Positions 22,212 through 34,301 of a DNA stretch of 64,000 nucleotides are shown in pieces (positions within the stretch are counted from its first letter, which is position 1; each line of letters starts with the position of its first letter). The position numbers and the translations under genes are program-made. The stretch spans positions 1,899,882-1,963,881 of the forward strand of contig NW_003314281.1 in assembly GCF_000143415.4 (NCBI RefSeq). The letters run 5' to 3'. The stretch comes from Selaginella moellendorffii (Eukaryota; Plantae; Lycopodiophyta). Below the pieces are notes generated by a model. That model was not told the origin of the DNA and ran no database searches. It was given only the letters and a program-made list of their open reading frames with translations.

Positions 22212-25200
22212 TGGAGGGACCTTGCGCGAATAAGTTAGTGACCCCTCCATCTTTCTTTCGGGAGTATCATCAAGGGGTTCACTCGGCACCGGTTCATCCA
22301 GTGTTTACTTTCCAAGCTCGTTTTTATAACAAGAGGTCTCCTATTCTTCTCTCCGTGTTGGTTGATACAGGTTCGAGTTTATCTTCTATTGCTCAACCTA
22401 TTGCCACACGTTGTCGTCTACACTTGCGTCGTGCGGTGGATCCAGTTTTCATTCTTTATGGCAACGGCCGTACACATGCATGTGCACGGGATGAGGCAGA
22501 CCTGGTTGTGCGTGGGGGCGATCTCGAGCTTGAGTTGCAGTCGTTGCGGGTGGTGCCGAGTCAAGTTTTTGACCTCATTCTTGGTATGGATTGGTTGCAG
22601 CGCAATCATGCCAAGTGTGACTTTGAGGCTTTTCCCCCTTGTCTCATACTTCCTTATGTTTCATCCATTCCTCTCACTTCCGTACCTCTTCGTCCCTTTA
22701 CTTCTACCTCTGCTTCCATTACTTTTGTTCCCCCATTATTTCCTCTTGTGTTTCCATCTTGTTCTACTCTTCCCTTTTCCAATCCCTCCGATGATCTTTG
22801 TGTTGCAGCTGTTGACCAGCTCATGAAGGAGTATTCTGATCTCTTTGAATTTGACCTATCGTCTGGAGCCAAGATTGCTACATGTCATCCGATTCCAACT
22901 GGGGATGCTCGTCCAATCAAGGTTCCTGTTTGTCGTCGGTCACCAAAGGAAATTAAGATTTTACGTGCAAATGTCCAGGAGATGTTGGAAAAGGGTGTTA
23001 TTTGGAAGTCGCGAAGTCCTTGGGCATGTGAACCTCATCTTGTGACGAAGCCTGATGGGAGTATTCGTTTCTGCATCGACTATCGTCCGTTAAACAACGT
23101 AACGATCCCGGATGTGTACCCTCTTCCTCACACTGCTGATCTCTTAGATCGTCTGGGGCGAAGTCGTTGGTTCACCAAGCTAGATCTTGCTTCTGGGTAC
23201 TGGCAAGTACCGATGGCCGAAGAAGATATTCCTAAGACTGCTTTTCGTACACCATTTGGTTTGTATGAGTTCTTGGTGATGCCATTTGGTTTGAACAATG
23301 CTCCAGCAACTTTTCAACAGATGATGGACGAGGTTCTTTGCGATATGCCGGAGATGACTGCTGACTTCATTGATGATGTCTTGATCCACTCGGAGGGGAC
23401 GTGAGAGGAGCATGTTCTTGATGTTTGTAAAGTGTTGGATCGGCTACCTGATGTTGGTTTAAAGCTGAAGTGGTCGAAGTGCGTGTTTGGATCCAAAGAC
23501 ACAACTTATCTTGGGTACCGTATTTCTCGTGAGGGTTTGCAAGTTGATCCTGACAAACTTGTGGCTGTTCTAAAGTTCCCTACTCCGAAGTGTGTGAATG
23601 ATGTGCAGTGCTTCTTGGGCAAGGTGCAGTATCTCGGGTGTTTTGTGGATCATCTTTCTGATCGCACTGCGCCATTGCGAACGTTGCTGAAGTCATCAAC
23701 ATCATCTTTCTTCTGGTCTCCGGATTGTGAGCAAGCGTTTGGGGATCTCAAAAAGTTATTAACAACTCCGGTTTTGGCATATCCTCACTACACTCGACCT
23801 TTTATTTTGCGCGTGGAGGCTTCTGACATTGGTCTTGGAGGTGTGTTAATGCAAGAGAGCTCGAGTGTGCCTGGTCAGCGCCATCCCATTGCATATATAA
23901 GCCGTACATTACAACCAGCGGGGATGAACTACTCCACGACAGAGAAGGAGTGTTTAGCAGCAGTTTGGGGTTTCGAGAAACTTTATGCATATCTACATGG
24001 TTCTTGGACGTTACTTGAAGGTGACCATGCTGCTGTTACTTCATTATTAAAGCGAAAGAACCTGGTTGGTCATACTGCTCGGTGGGCTTTGAAGCTTCAG
24101 ATATATGATTTTGATGTTGTTCACCGCCCAGGGAGTTCTATGGCTGATGCTGATGCCCTTTCTCGAGCTCCTCTTCTTTCTTCATTCTCTTCTCATGTTT
24201 CTGATGAGCCTATTATTCCAGCATCTGTGGATTTTCTAGACGAGGATTTTGTGCCATCGGCGGTTGCTATACTTGACGTTTAGTGTCCACAAGGTGCAGA
24301 GCAAGATCTACCTTCGCTTGATGAGGTTCGCGAGGCTCAAAAGATTGAGCCATAGATTCGAAGGCTTCGAGATGGGTTTGAGAATCCTGCATCACTTGCT
24401 GATGACTTGCCTTTCCGGCATTTACATTCTCAATATCGTCTTGAAGGTGGCCTTCTTTATTTTATGGGGACAGATCCTGATGATCATTTACGGCTGGTGG
24501 TGCCTTCTATCTTTATTCCGCGGTTTCTCCATGCCTACCATGATTCTCCTGTTCTAGGTGGGCATATGGGACATCGTCGTGTAATCGAGAAGCTACGCAG
24601 GTCTTTCTATTGGCCGGAGATGCGACGTGATATTATCCGGTATGTACGTAGCTACGTTTGGTGCCAAGCTCGTAATACTCCCCCTCGGACTGCAGAAGGA
24701 CGGTTGGAGTCAATTGCAATTTCCCGTCCGTTTGAATTGGTGGCATTTGATCTTATGGGGCATTTTCCACGGTCAACTGTTGGCAATGAGTATGTTATTA
24801 TTGCTTCTGACTACTTGACTCGTTGGGTGGAAGTTGGTGCTCTTGCTAGTGCCTTTGCAACTGCTGTTGGATACTTCCTCCTCAATTGAGTGGTGTTCCA
24901 GCATTCTTGTCCAGAGCGGATTCTTTCGGATAATGGTCCCGCTTTTATGGCTGAGGCGTTTCATGTTTTGATGTCTCGGTTGGGGATTCACCACACTTTC
25001 ACGAGTGCTTATCATCCACAATCAGACGGTCTGGTGGAATGGCTCGTTCGGACATTCAAGGGGATGATTGCGAAGTATGTGAACTTTCAGCATTCGGATT
25101 GGGATGGTTATTTGCCGTCTCTTCGGTATGCATATGTCACTAGGGTGCAGAGTTCTGTTGGTGCTTCACCATATAAACTCCTATATGGTCATAATCCAAT

Positions 25201-25672
25201 ATTACCAATGGAGCTGGGTTTACCTTCGCGATTGCCACGAGCTGCAGATGCTAAGTCATGGGATCAATATTTGACAAGCATTCTTCCACTTGTCCGAGCG
25301 GAGTCTGCCGAACACTTAGGCCGTGTACAAGTGGGACAACAACGGCGCTACAACTCCCGTCATCATCCACCTGCGGAGTACAAAGTGGATGATTTGGTGT
25401 TAGTCCGTTTTCCCCATCTTACAGTACGTGGTTTGTTTAAGGGGCTCCTTGCACAGTGGAAAGGATCGTATCGGGTGTTGCGGCAAGTTGGACCACAAGT
25501 TTATGAGGTTCGACATGATGTCCAGCAGGCCGATCCTCCAGAGATTGTGCATGTGCAGCGGTTGAAACGCTTCATACAAAGGGATCAGGAGCAGTTAATA
25601 CCATCTACAGATCCACCGATGCCTCCTCCTGATATTCCTCTAAATCCCAGCCTGTCTACAAGAGAACCCTGA
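22187..25672 (+). pseudogene. pol: Retrotransposon Pol (protease, RT, RNase H, integrase with GPY/F-like tail) in the -1 frame, with four in-frame stops
   Basis: VLVDTGSS, LILGMDWL, FCIDYRPLN, MPFGLNNAPATFQ, FIDDVLIHS, NYSTTEKECLA, ADALSR, SDNGPAF, YHPQSDG. Stops at 23402, 24281, 24353 and 24887 are all in one frame. Confidence 0.95.
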
Positions 25673-25689
25673 TGGTCTTCCATTATCCT

Positions 25690-25704
25690 GAGAGGGGGGG
25701 ATGA
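25690..25704 (+). promoter_or_regulatory. Polypurine tract
   Basis: GAGAGGGGGGGATGA immediately 5' of the 3' LTR. Confidence 0.9.
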
Positions 25705-25879
25705 TGTGAGGGCCAAGTGTACGGCTACGATGCCGTATACTAATATTAGTGTAGTGGGATTTTGGTAGCCGTCGGATTAGTTTCAATCCGAACCACTCAC
25801 TCTTGTATATAAACTAGGGTTTTTTGGCTAATTGATATGCACATTTCTGTATTCCCTTTCTATATTCCAAGCACTCACA
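25705..25879 (+). repeat. 3' LTR (175 bp)
   Basis: By manual alignment it differs from the 5' LTR by 10 substitutions and 1 indel. Confidence 0.95.
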
Positions 25880-26185
25880 AAGCATGCTATCAGGTATTTT
25901 ATTAGATAAAGAACAGAAGGGGTCAATAAATTACCTTTACTTAACAAATAGATTTTGTGTACTAGCTTACACAATATGAATATAGTAAACATACTTTGTA
26001 AGGTTCGTAATCCTGAGCACTCACAATTTAAGCTTATACATATAACTGTAAACAAGACCAACAAGAGAGTTATATAAACAATGCAAAGGAATTATATTTG
26101 TTCCATAGATGGATTAAAAACAATTATCATTGATCTGTTATGTTGTAACACTGTTTATGGAGAATGTCTTATTTTTCTTACAAAA

Positions 26186-28372
26186 TCACAGCGCAAAGGT
26201 TACGAGAAGCCATGAAGTAACTGCTACGACGCAGAAGCAACCACAGAGAAGCCTTTGTACTCTCTTCCAAAAGCTTCGGCTTTCTCTTCCTTCCTCGCTC
26301 TCTTCATTAAAGAGTGAAGTTTTGAGAGTCGGCAGACAAATGCAAGAACGAACTTTACCAGTCTTTGTGTTGCTCCTGCTCCAGTCACTTGATTGTAGGG
26401 AGGTAGTGCGAATTACCTCAGCCAAAATCTTAGCAACCTGTAGGATGACTGATCATAAAAAAATTCTTTGAAAAAATCAAGATGCCAAACCTCTTTTGTG
26501 TTCTGGTGAGTTACAAGGTGGCCACCAGAAAGCACCCAAAACCGTGCTGAGCTCCCCAATCGTTGCGCCAAGCGTTTTCCATAGCGAATCTGTGCAATAA
26601 CGTCATCTCTAGAAAAACAAAAGAGGACTCAATGTATGACGATGCGAGCTTTCTTTTTTCTTTTTGTTCTCGACTTACATGCCATGGATGACTGCCACAG
26701 GAAATCCAGCCGCGCGTATTTGCTGTATGTCGGAGTCTTTGGCTTCGTGACACCAGCAGGCATGAATGTGACCATTTAAGCCAGCCTTCGGTTGCATTCC
26801 ACCAGTCTCCATGTTTTTCAGGTACTCCTGCGCAAAACCAAAAAGAACCAAAAAACAAAAAAGAGAAACGTTTCATCTCCGTGTTAATGACTACAAAAGT
26901 TTATACCTTGTAAAGGATGTTCTTTCTTTGTACTCCCCCGGTAATTTCATTCAAGTAGTCCTGGAAGTAGCTTGTTACGACAGCACAAAAGAATGAGACC
27001 ATGACATACGCGCGTGTAATGCGTGTCTAGATCCACAAGAATTCTCTGCTCGAGTGTTTTAGCCGTGAGAAATCTGTACGCAATCGAGAGTGACCGCCAT
27101 TCCATCTGTAGCAAGTCCAAAGCTGAAGAAAGTTTATGTTTCAACAAAAAAAGACATACCTTTGGAAAGCACTGGAATCCGCCACCGGTGATACTTATAA
27201 GCGTCAAAGAGAGAACTCGTTGGGGGGCCATTGCTGCCAGTTTGAATCCGATCATTGCACCTGGAAGAAGAAAAACTCTGAGCTTGTCGAGAGAAAATCT
27301 GAAAGTTTTAAGTTCATGAACGGTGTTTGTACCCATGGAGTGACCACAGATGTGAGCCTGTTTCCAGCCGAGGAAATCAAGCAAAGAAAGTGCATCCATA
27401 GCCATGATTGTCGTCCTGCACTTCACAAAGAATTTAGTAGAAAATGAATCGAAGAAAAGAAAAACTAGAAGCAGAAGAACACTTACGAATACTCGGACTT
27501 TTGTGTGGGAATTGAGCTGTTTCCCACTCCCCTGTTGTCAAAAGTACAGATCTGAACTCCGCCATCGTTTTCAAAGCTACTACAAAACTCATTGCTTTCT
27601 TCTTCCACTTCACTCGGCGTACCACTGTTAGAAGCACTACTGGTTAGCTCACGAACATAAGGCCCCCAGAAACCATGGCCACAAGCAAGTCCTGGGAAAA
27701 AGAAAATGACCAAAAAATCAACGAACGCCCTCAAAAGAAGAAGAAAAATAAGTCTAGAAGTCGATCGACAAGATCTAGTCCCCGAAAGAAAAACACTCGA
27801 ATAGAAGAATCTGAGCTTCGAAAGAAGAAAGTACTGAAAAAACTCAGTACAAAACCAATGAACTCAACTACGAAGAAATCGACAGAGAGAACTACAAACC
27901 AATGAACTTAAAGTTCTTAGCGCAACCAGCAAAGTAGAAGGAGATAGGAACAAGAAAATGCCAAAAGGAATCTGGAGAGCTCCCGAATTTTGGGAAGCAT
28001 ATCCAGCGAGCTAGCTGTCTCTGTGACCCACAAGCTCATTAAAATGCAGCGTAGCAGCACAAAACTTCTATTTTTTTTTTTAAGAAAAAGAAAGAATTTG
28101 TTATCTTTTGCGAGTGCCCTAGGGCCTGATCGATCGATCAATGCATCAATCAATCAACAGTTCCAATTTCCGCTCCAATCCAATCCCATCGAAGTGAAAA
28201 GAGAGAAAGAGATCCTCTTACCTGGTATGAGCAGTAGCTTTGTGGCGCCAATTCCATATAATTGGTAGCTGATGACGACGCCGTGCGTGGATCCTGGCGC
28301 CAGGCACGAGCTCCCCTCGCCATTGCCCAGCGCCCCGGGCGCGGAATATGCCCCTCCAAGATCTTCCTCCAT
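26186..28372 (-). CDS. Alpha/beta-hydrolase fold protein with C-terminal hydrophobic segment (multi-exon)
   Basis: TKLLLIPGLA, CTFDNRGVGNSS, nucleophile elbow ICGHSMGAMI, VIHGM..DVI, GGHLVTH. Confidence 0.88.
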
Positions 28373-28636
28373 TTTGCAAGGGGCTAAAATGTGCAAAGAA
28401 TATTCTATGTTCGATGAATATTCTTGTGCGAGGAATATGCTTCTAGTTTGAAATGTTGGAGAGAAAAATAATCAATGCTGTATTGTTGTTACACGCGACG
28501 AAAAATAACCATAGTGTTACATAGACATACAACGACGAAGTGAAGAACACTTACTCTTTCTTGGACGAATTGTTTTGGTTTGCCGCCTGGAAATCTTCTC
28601 TGCTGCTGCAAATTCTTGGAAGAATTTGGCTCTCGA

Positions 28637-31600
28637 TCAGGCCTTGAGCTGCTGCTGCTGCTGTGATTCCAAGCGACTGACTTGGTTCTTCCACGCCTGC
28701 GCGCACTCGTCGATGGAAGCTCGCCGCGAAGTTCTTCGCGACATGGCCTTGAGATTTGGAACTGGATGATGCTTGACAATGGTGGTGGTGGCGGTGTTCT
28801 CCCCCTGGTTCTCCTTGTTGCTGCTGCCATGGCTCCGGTTTACGCTGTTGCCCCGGAAGTTATCGGTCGAGTAGTAGAGCACGGACTTCGCGAGCTTGGG
28901 CGGCGGAGGAGAAGGATCCACTGCTATCACGCTGCTCGTCGTGTTCTTGCTCGCCGGGGAGCTCGTCGAGCCGCGGGCGCTCGCGCTTCTCAGGTGATGG
29001 TTTGCAGCGTCTCTCCTGTCTCTCACTACCGAGTGCCTGTTGTTGCTGCTGCCGCTGTCGATGTTCATGGCCACCAGCTTGGTGGAGATGCCTTCCCAGT
29101 CCTCGAAAGTAACTTGCCTCCTGGGAGGATCCTTTGCGTCGGCATCGCCGGTTGCCGCTGGCTTTGGAGTAGCGCCGTGCTGCTGCCTCAAGCTCAGCCT
29201 ACGGAGGAGACCGGAGAATGGGACCTTGAGCTTGTCGGAGCTTGATTTCTTCGCCTGCGCTCGTTCCTCTGGTATCTTCTGGCTGAAGCCTCGAGCCAGT
29301 CCGGGGGGAGGGACTGCAATGTCCTCTGGCCATCCTCTTGACTTGCTTTGGCTCGGCTGTAGCTGAATTGCCTCCTCCTGCTCTATCTCTGGCTTTGTTA
29401 CGATGTCCTGAGTTTCGGGACGGGGTGGATCCTGCTTTTCTGCTCCCGCAACCTGTTCTGTGCTCGTCAAGAGTATTTGCAGCCACTTATCGAGAGTGTT
29501 CTTCCCTTCCTTGATGCTTTCCTCGTCGCATGACATCTCCCCGCGTTCTGACAGTGCCTTCCTTGCCTCCGGCGAATGCAGCTCCACAAAGTTCCTAGCC
29601 GACGGTGTCCTCGAGCACTTGGAACTTCCTGCTGTCACGCGGGAATCTATCGCGGAGACGTCGATCTCAAAGCGCTCGCTGCTATCCCTGCTCTCCTTGC
29701 TCTGTGGTGCATGGAGTATGCCTTTGAATCGCTGGCTCCCGCAGCTCGCATAACCGCTGTCAGTGTTCTGCTTATCCCTCTTGATAACAGGCATCAGCTT
29801 GAATGTTCTCGTCACCTCCGATCCTTCACCATCACTGCCCGCATTCGCAATGTTACTTCCATCGTCAGCTTCCCTTGGCGCAGTACCACCCTCGTAGTAA
29901 ATTCTGTCCATTGACGGTTTTGCAGACGCGGGTGCCGCTGGTGTTTCCCGACGAGCCACACTGTTTTCTTTGTCAAGTCGTTGCCGTGGAGCGGACTGGG
30001 ATCTCCTGCTCTTGGCCGGTGTTGTCGACTTCCGGAATCGCTTATGACTACGATGCTGATCTTCGGAGTCACTGAAGCTGTCTTGCTTGTTGGAGACGTT
30101 GGCTGGCGGATGGTTTTGGAGATCCCTTGCTTTCAAGACTTCTCTGTCTCTGGTGCTGCTTCTCTGCTTCTTGGGAGGAGCATGACGATCTGCTTTCACC
30201 AGCTGCGTTGAAGATTTCTCTGGTACGCATTCCTCGTCCACGCTTCCGGACTCTAAAAGAGGAACTGGCTTGGTCATCTGCAGCAGGTCTTGCCTCTTAT
30301 GAGCGTTATGCAGAAGCCGAGATTCGGCCGCGTTGCATGTCTCAGCTTGAGACTCCAACTGCGCCATGAGAGAATTGCAGGCAATTTCATTCAGCCTCGA
30401 CTCTTCCTTATAAACCACGCTCCTGATTAACGGTCGCGCAACCATTAGTCACGTAAAGATTGCATACGATAGAATGACTTACTGGTGCATAGTTTCCTGA
30501 ATCATCCGCTCAAGGCAGATGCGATATGATGCCTGTGTTTCGTTCCACTGTCTTTGCTTTTCCACCTGCTTTCTTTGTTTTCGTAGCTCTGCTTCCAGAG
30601 TGTCCAAGGAAGCCTTTTCCTGTTCATTTTGGTCTTTGATACTCTGCAGGGCCTGCTTCAGTTTTGAAGATTCGCCTTCCCTCATATGCTTTTCTTCCTC
30701 CCTCAGTAGCTTGATCTTTGACTCTCTCTTTATGGATGATAAAATTCGGCTGTTAGTGTCACCGTCCTGTGAATGAAGAGGTGACAGACAACTCGGAGAA
30801 TGAAGGTTTTCCTTTTGAAGGCCAGTCAAGGATCGATACTGATTAACAAACTGTGTCAGTTTTAACATAATATTAACCAGACACTGCCTACCTTATCTCG
30901 AATTTGAACCAGAGAACGATTTGTAAGAAGTGGTTCACTTTCTTTTATAGCCTTCCAATTTCCAAAACCAAACTTCTGATATCCTCGCAAAAGCGCATCT
31001 TCCTCCGAAATAGTCCAGTCTTTTTGGTGTAATCCTGGAAGTAGCATGCGAAATATAGTGTTTTTCGTACGTTGGAACAAGACAAAGACAAATGCCAACC
31101 TGAAGGTGAAGACGACAGCCTGGAGTTTGCAGATTCGTCTCCTTTCTGAAGCCGGACGAGCCCAGCCACTGCAAGCCCCGAGCGTTTCTTCTTCTCTAGA
31201 AAATGATGTGACCATTGATGATCGTTTATGCACGTCTTTCCATCTGGAAGCTCGTCTTCACCACCAAGAAAGAAAAAAGAAAAACACCTTTGTCTGAAAA
31301 GAACGAAGTATTAGCCAAAAAGCATAGATTGTACAACGAGTGATTACCGGAATCCAATATTCGGTGAATCAAATGCTGTAAGAAACTGATTAATCGACAC
31401 CCCAAGCTGGAGATCCCACCAAGGAATGAGAAACTCAAGCTTCTCCTTTTTCTTCAGACTCACTTGCCATTGCGCGAGCCTTAGATTGTTAAGAACCGTC
31501 TTGCCGCCTCCTACGCAGGGAGAGAGACAAGAGTTATCGTCACGTAGGAAAGTAAAACACAACATACTTGAATAGGGGAACCAGTGGCAGACTTCCCAGG

Positions 31601-32123
31601 CTAGTGGCGAGGCGGGGTCAGCATGCCAGTAAAGAACGTTGCCATACGAGTCTACTCTAAAACACGCTGGATCAAAACCAGCATTGCTGCGCAAAGAAAT
31701 CCACAATACTTTTTAGCAAGAGACAAGCAAAAAACTACTTTTTACCCGAGGTGATCAAGCTGCTGCCAGAGAACATCCTTGAATTTGTGGAGATGCGAGG
31801 GATGCTCCTTCCTGCTGTCGCTGAGAACGATCGGGAACAAATCTTGGACTTGTTCTAGCTTTGCAACCTGGAAAGAACTCGTTGGAACCAAACCCTACCA
31901 CAGTAAGAAACCGCACCTCTTCCGGACGAGCAGTGTAGGGAAGAAACGCTCTGGGAGGGCCATCTGCGTGAGGCAGCAAGAATCCCTGGAGCTGGAGCCA
32001 GGCACAGGCGTTCCGGCACAGCTTCGCATAGGCCCGAGGATACCCCAAGTGAGGATCGACCCCGCGATCTTCGTCCGAGAAGCAAATCCCCGCGGCCACC
32101 ACTGAATCTTTCCTGCTTCCCAT
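28637..32123 (-). CDS. Large plant protein: N-terminal HNH-like domain, Myb/SANT (telobox-like) domain, coiled coil and long disordered tail
   Basis: LGYPRAYAKLC; FRVDSYGNVLYWHADPASPLAWEVCHWFPYS-RGGKTVLNNLRL; WTISEEDALLRGYQKFGFGNWKAI...RSLVQIRDK; coiled-coil exon 30479-30850. Confidence 0.8.
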
Positions 32124-32489
32124 GAAAAATCGACCCAAGAACTAGCCTAGCCTTCGATCTGGAGCGCCGGAGGCGAAATTTCAGGCATTTCTTGGCCAAA
32201 AATCTTGGCGCTGCTCCGCGGCATTGTGGCGCCCTCCCACCGGGCTCGCGAATTCGTGCGCGCCTAATCCTAGGTCACACCCCTCTCCGACCCGCCGGGG
32301 TCATCACTCCAGAGAAGAAACGACCAAACAACACCCGACCTCTTCATTCATTCGAAGCAAACGGCTAGAAAATTTGTGTCAATCCAACGGCTCGAATTCC
32401 CACCTGTACGGGAAGGGAGCATATTCCTTTAGGGTTCTTGGGAGGCTAGGGTTCTAGGCAGTGTAAGCGGCGGAGATTGAGCGGCAGCG

Positions 32490-32731
32490 ATGGCGAAGTC
32501 GAAGAATCACACTGCCCACAACCAGTCGAGGAAGGCGCACCGCAATGGCATCAAGAAGCCCAAGAGGCAGCGCTACACCTCCAAGAAAGGGGTAAGTAGA
32601 GATTTCTCTAGAAATTTGTGATTGATCGATCCGAATACCGGCAGATGGATCCGAAATTCCTGAGGAACCAGCGCTACTCGAGGAAGCGCATGGCGCTGCT
32701 AGCGAAAGAGATCGTGAAAGAAGAATCCTAG
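32490..32731 (+). CDS. RPL29: 60S ribosomal protein L29 (eL29); 2 exons (32490-32591, 32645-32731)
   Basis: [34 protein letters not shown]|[14 protein letters not shown]; absent from the ORF track. Confidence 0.97.
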
Positions 32732-32844
32732 ATAGAAGAAGGCCTGTCCCAATTTTCGATTTAATCCAGCAAAAGAATTTGCCTTCCTCATAAACCCTAA
32801 ATTTCTACAGTGTTCTAGCATTAGGGTTCTTGGTTGCCATAGCG

Positions 32845-34240
32845 ATGGAGGCGTACAAGGCGTGGGTGCGTGGCAATCGGCAATGGCTCGCTTCAATCGA
32901 GAGCATTGCTACGGTGAGATCTGCTATCGCGCCGCTCTTGGTCCTGAGAGTTTCTTGCTTTCCAGACCATGACTTGGCTGCTGCCGGAGAGATTCGCGAG
33001 CTCGGAGCTGGCTCCGGAAGCGCGTAAGGAATTCTCTTTGGCCCTTCCGTCCAGCATTTTGTTCTGATCGCGATCGTGGCAGTGTCGACGGCGATTGGGC
33101 TCGTCACCGTGATGAATCAATATATTGTGGAGTCTGCCAGTCCCAAAAATCTTCCCCCATTCATGCGCAGCGGCGCTGACGATCGTGACAAAAGCATTCC
33201 TTGGCCGATTTTCATCTCGATTGTGAAAGAGCTCGAGGTGTTGGTGGAGCTGACTGCCGAGCACTATCGCGGTCCAAATGGGAAATGGAGCACTCTAGCC
33301 GTCGTGGAAGCAATCAAGTAAGCTTTATTTCTATGAAGAAGAGAATTTTCTGCTAACTTTGTTTGCTCTATAGGGTCTTGATCAGGCTAAAGATTTTCCA
33401 CGACAGTGGATACAAGATGCTCATCGATGGGGGAGAGACCGAGAATCAAGAGGAGGCCTCGTACTGCGATCCTTACGCGAGACGAGGAGCTAGAACAAGC
33501 GGTCGACCACAAAACGTTCAAGGAAAAGCTATGGGAGCCTTGTATAGCTTTGGAAACAGCCTCTCTGGAAGACCATCGTGGCTACAAAAGAGGGACGCTG
33601 CTCAACATCGTAAGAACATCACCTCTCCTTCGTTCGAGTTCTCACTTTGGTTTCTTCTAGCTGTGCAAAGAGGCTTGCTCTCGCTTTGGAAGCAACCAGC
33701 CGCTAGGTGGTTCATCGTCGGTGAAACTTCTCTCATCTTGAGACCACTGATCTACGTTTTTCTCATCCGCCGATATGGACTCAAGTCATGGAAACCTTGG
33801 CTGGCTTCACTCGCCATAGATCTTACGGGTTTCAGCATCTTGTTTTTGACAGATCAATGGAGTAGCAAGAGTAGCAACGAGTCCTTGATAATTTCTCAAG
33901 GGAGTCCATCCAGACCACTATCAGCTGCCGAAAAGAATGAGGCAAGTTCTAAAGCTTTCCACATCTCAAGGAGGTTTTTTAACCTTTTGTTCATTGCAGC
34001 TTAAGCGACGACAACTCTTGTGGGCTTTCTATCTTCTCAGGAGTCCCTTTTTCGACAGATACTCGAGGTAGCTTTGTGAACTTTCGTCACTGCTAGTATC
34101 AATCCTTTATTTGCAGACACCAATTCCAAAGGATCGGAAAGGTAGCAAAGCCTCTACCTTTGTTCGGCACCTTGGCATCCAAGGCGATGGAGCTGCTAGC
34201 GGGAGTCCAAAGCATTTACTCGTACACTGCCGCGTCGTGA
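32845..34240 (+). CDS. PEX16: Peroxisome biogenesis protein PEX16 (SSE1)
   Basis: MEAYKAWVRGNRQWL, LTWLLPERF, SGYKMLIDGGE, ILRPLIYVFLIRRYGLKSWKPW, ELKRRQLLWAFYLLRSPFF, YSYTAAS*; includes a GC-AG intron (33942-33999). Confidence 0.93.
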
Positions 34241-34301
34241 CGAGAGAAGAACCGTAAAGATTTAAGATGGACCAGCGATTGGGTTCTTATTTTAGGGTTT
34301 C

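Larger units (their letters stand above)
20872..25879 (+). mobile_element. Full-length Ty3/gypsy LTR retrotransposon (~5.0 kb), no chromodomain, inactivated by nonsense mutations
   Basis: Two LTRs, PBS, PPT, gag, and pol in PR-RT-RH-IN order. Confidence 0.97.

Noticed and set aside
23402-23404. Stop-codon readthrough in pol
   Set aside because: The stop falls inside RT at a normally Trp-compatible position and three more stops follow; simple decay explains it.
33942-33999. GC-AG intron in PEX16 as a novelty
   Set aside because: A real feature, but GC-AG introns are a common minor variant.
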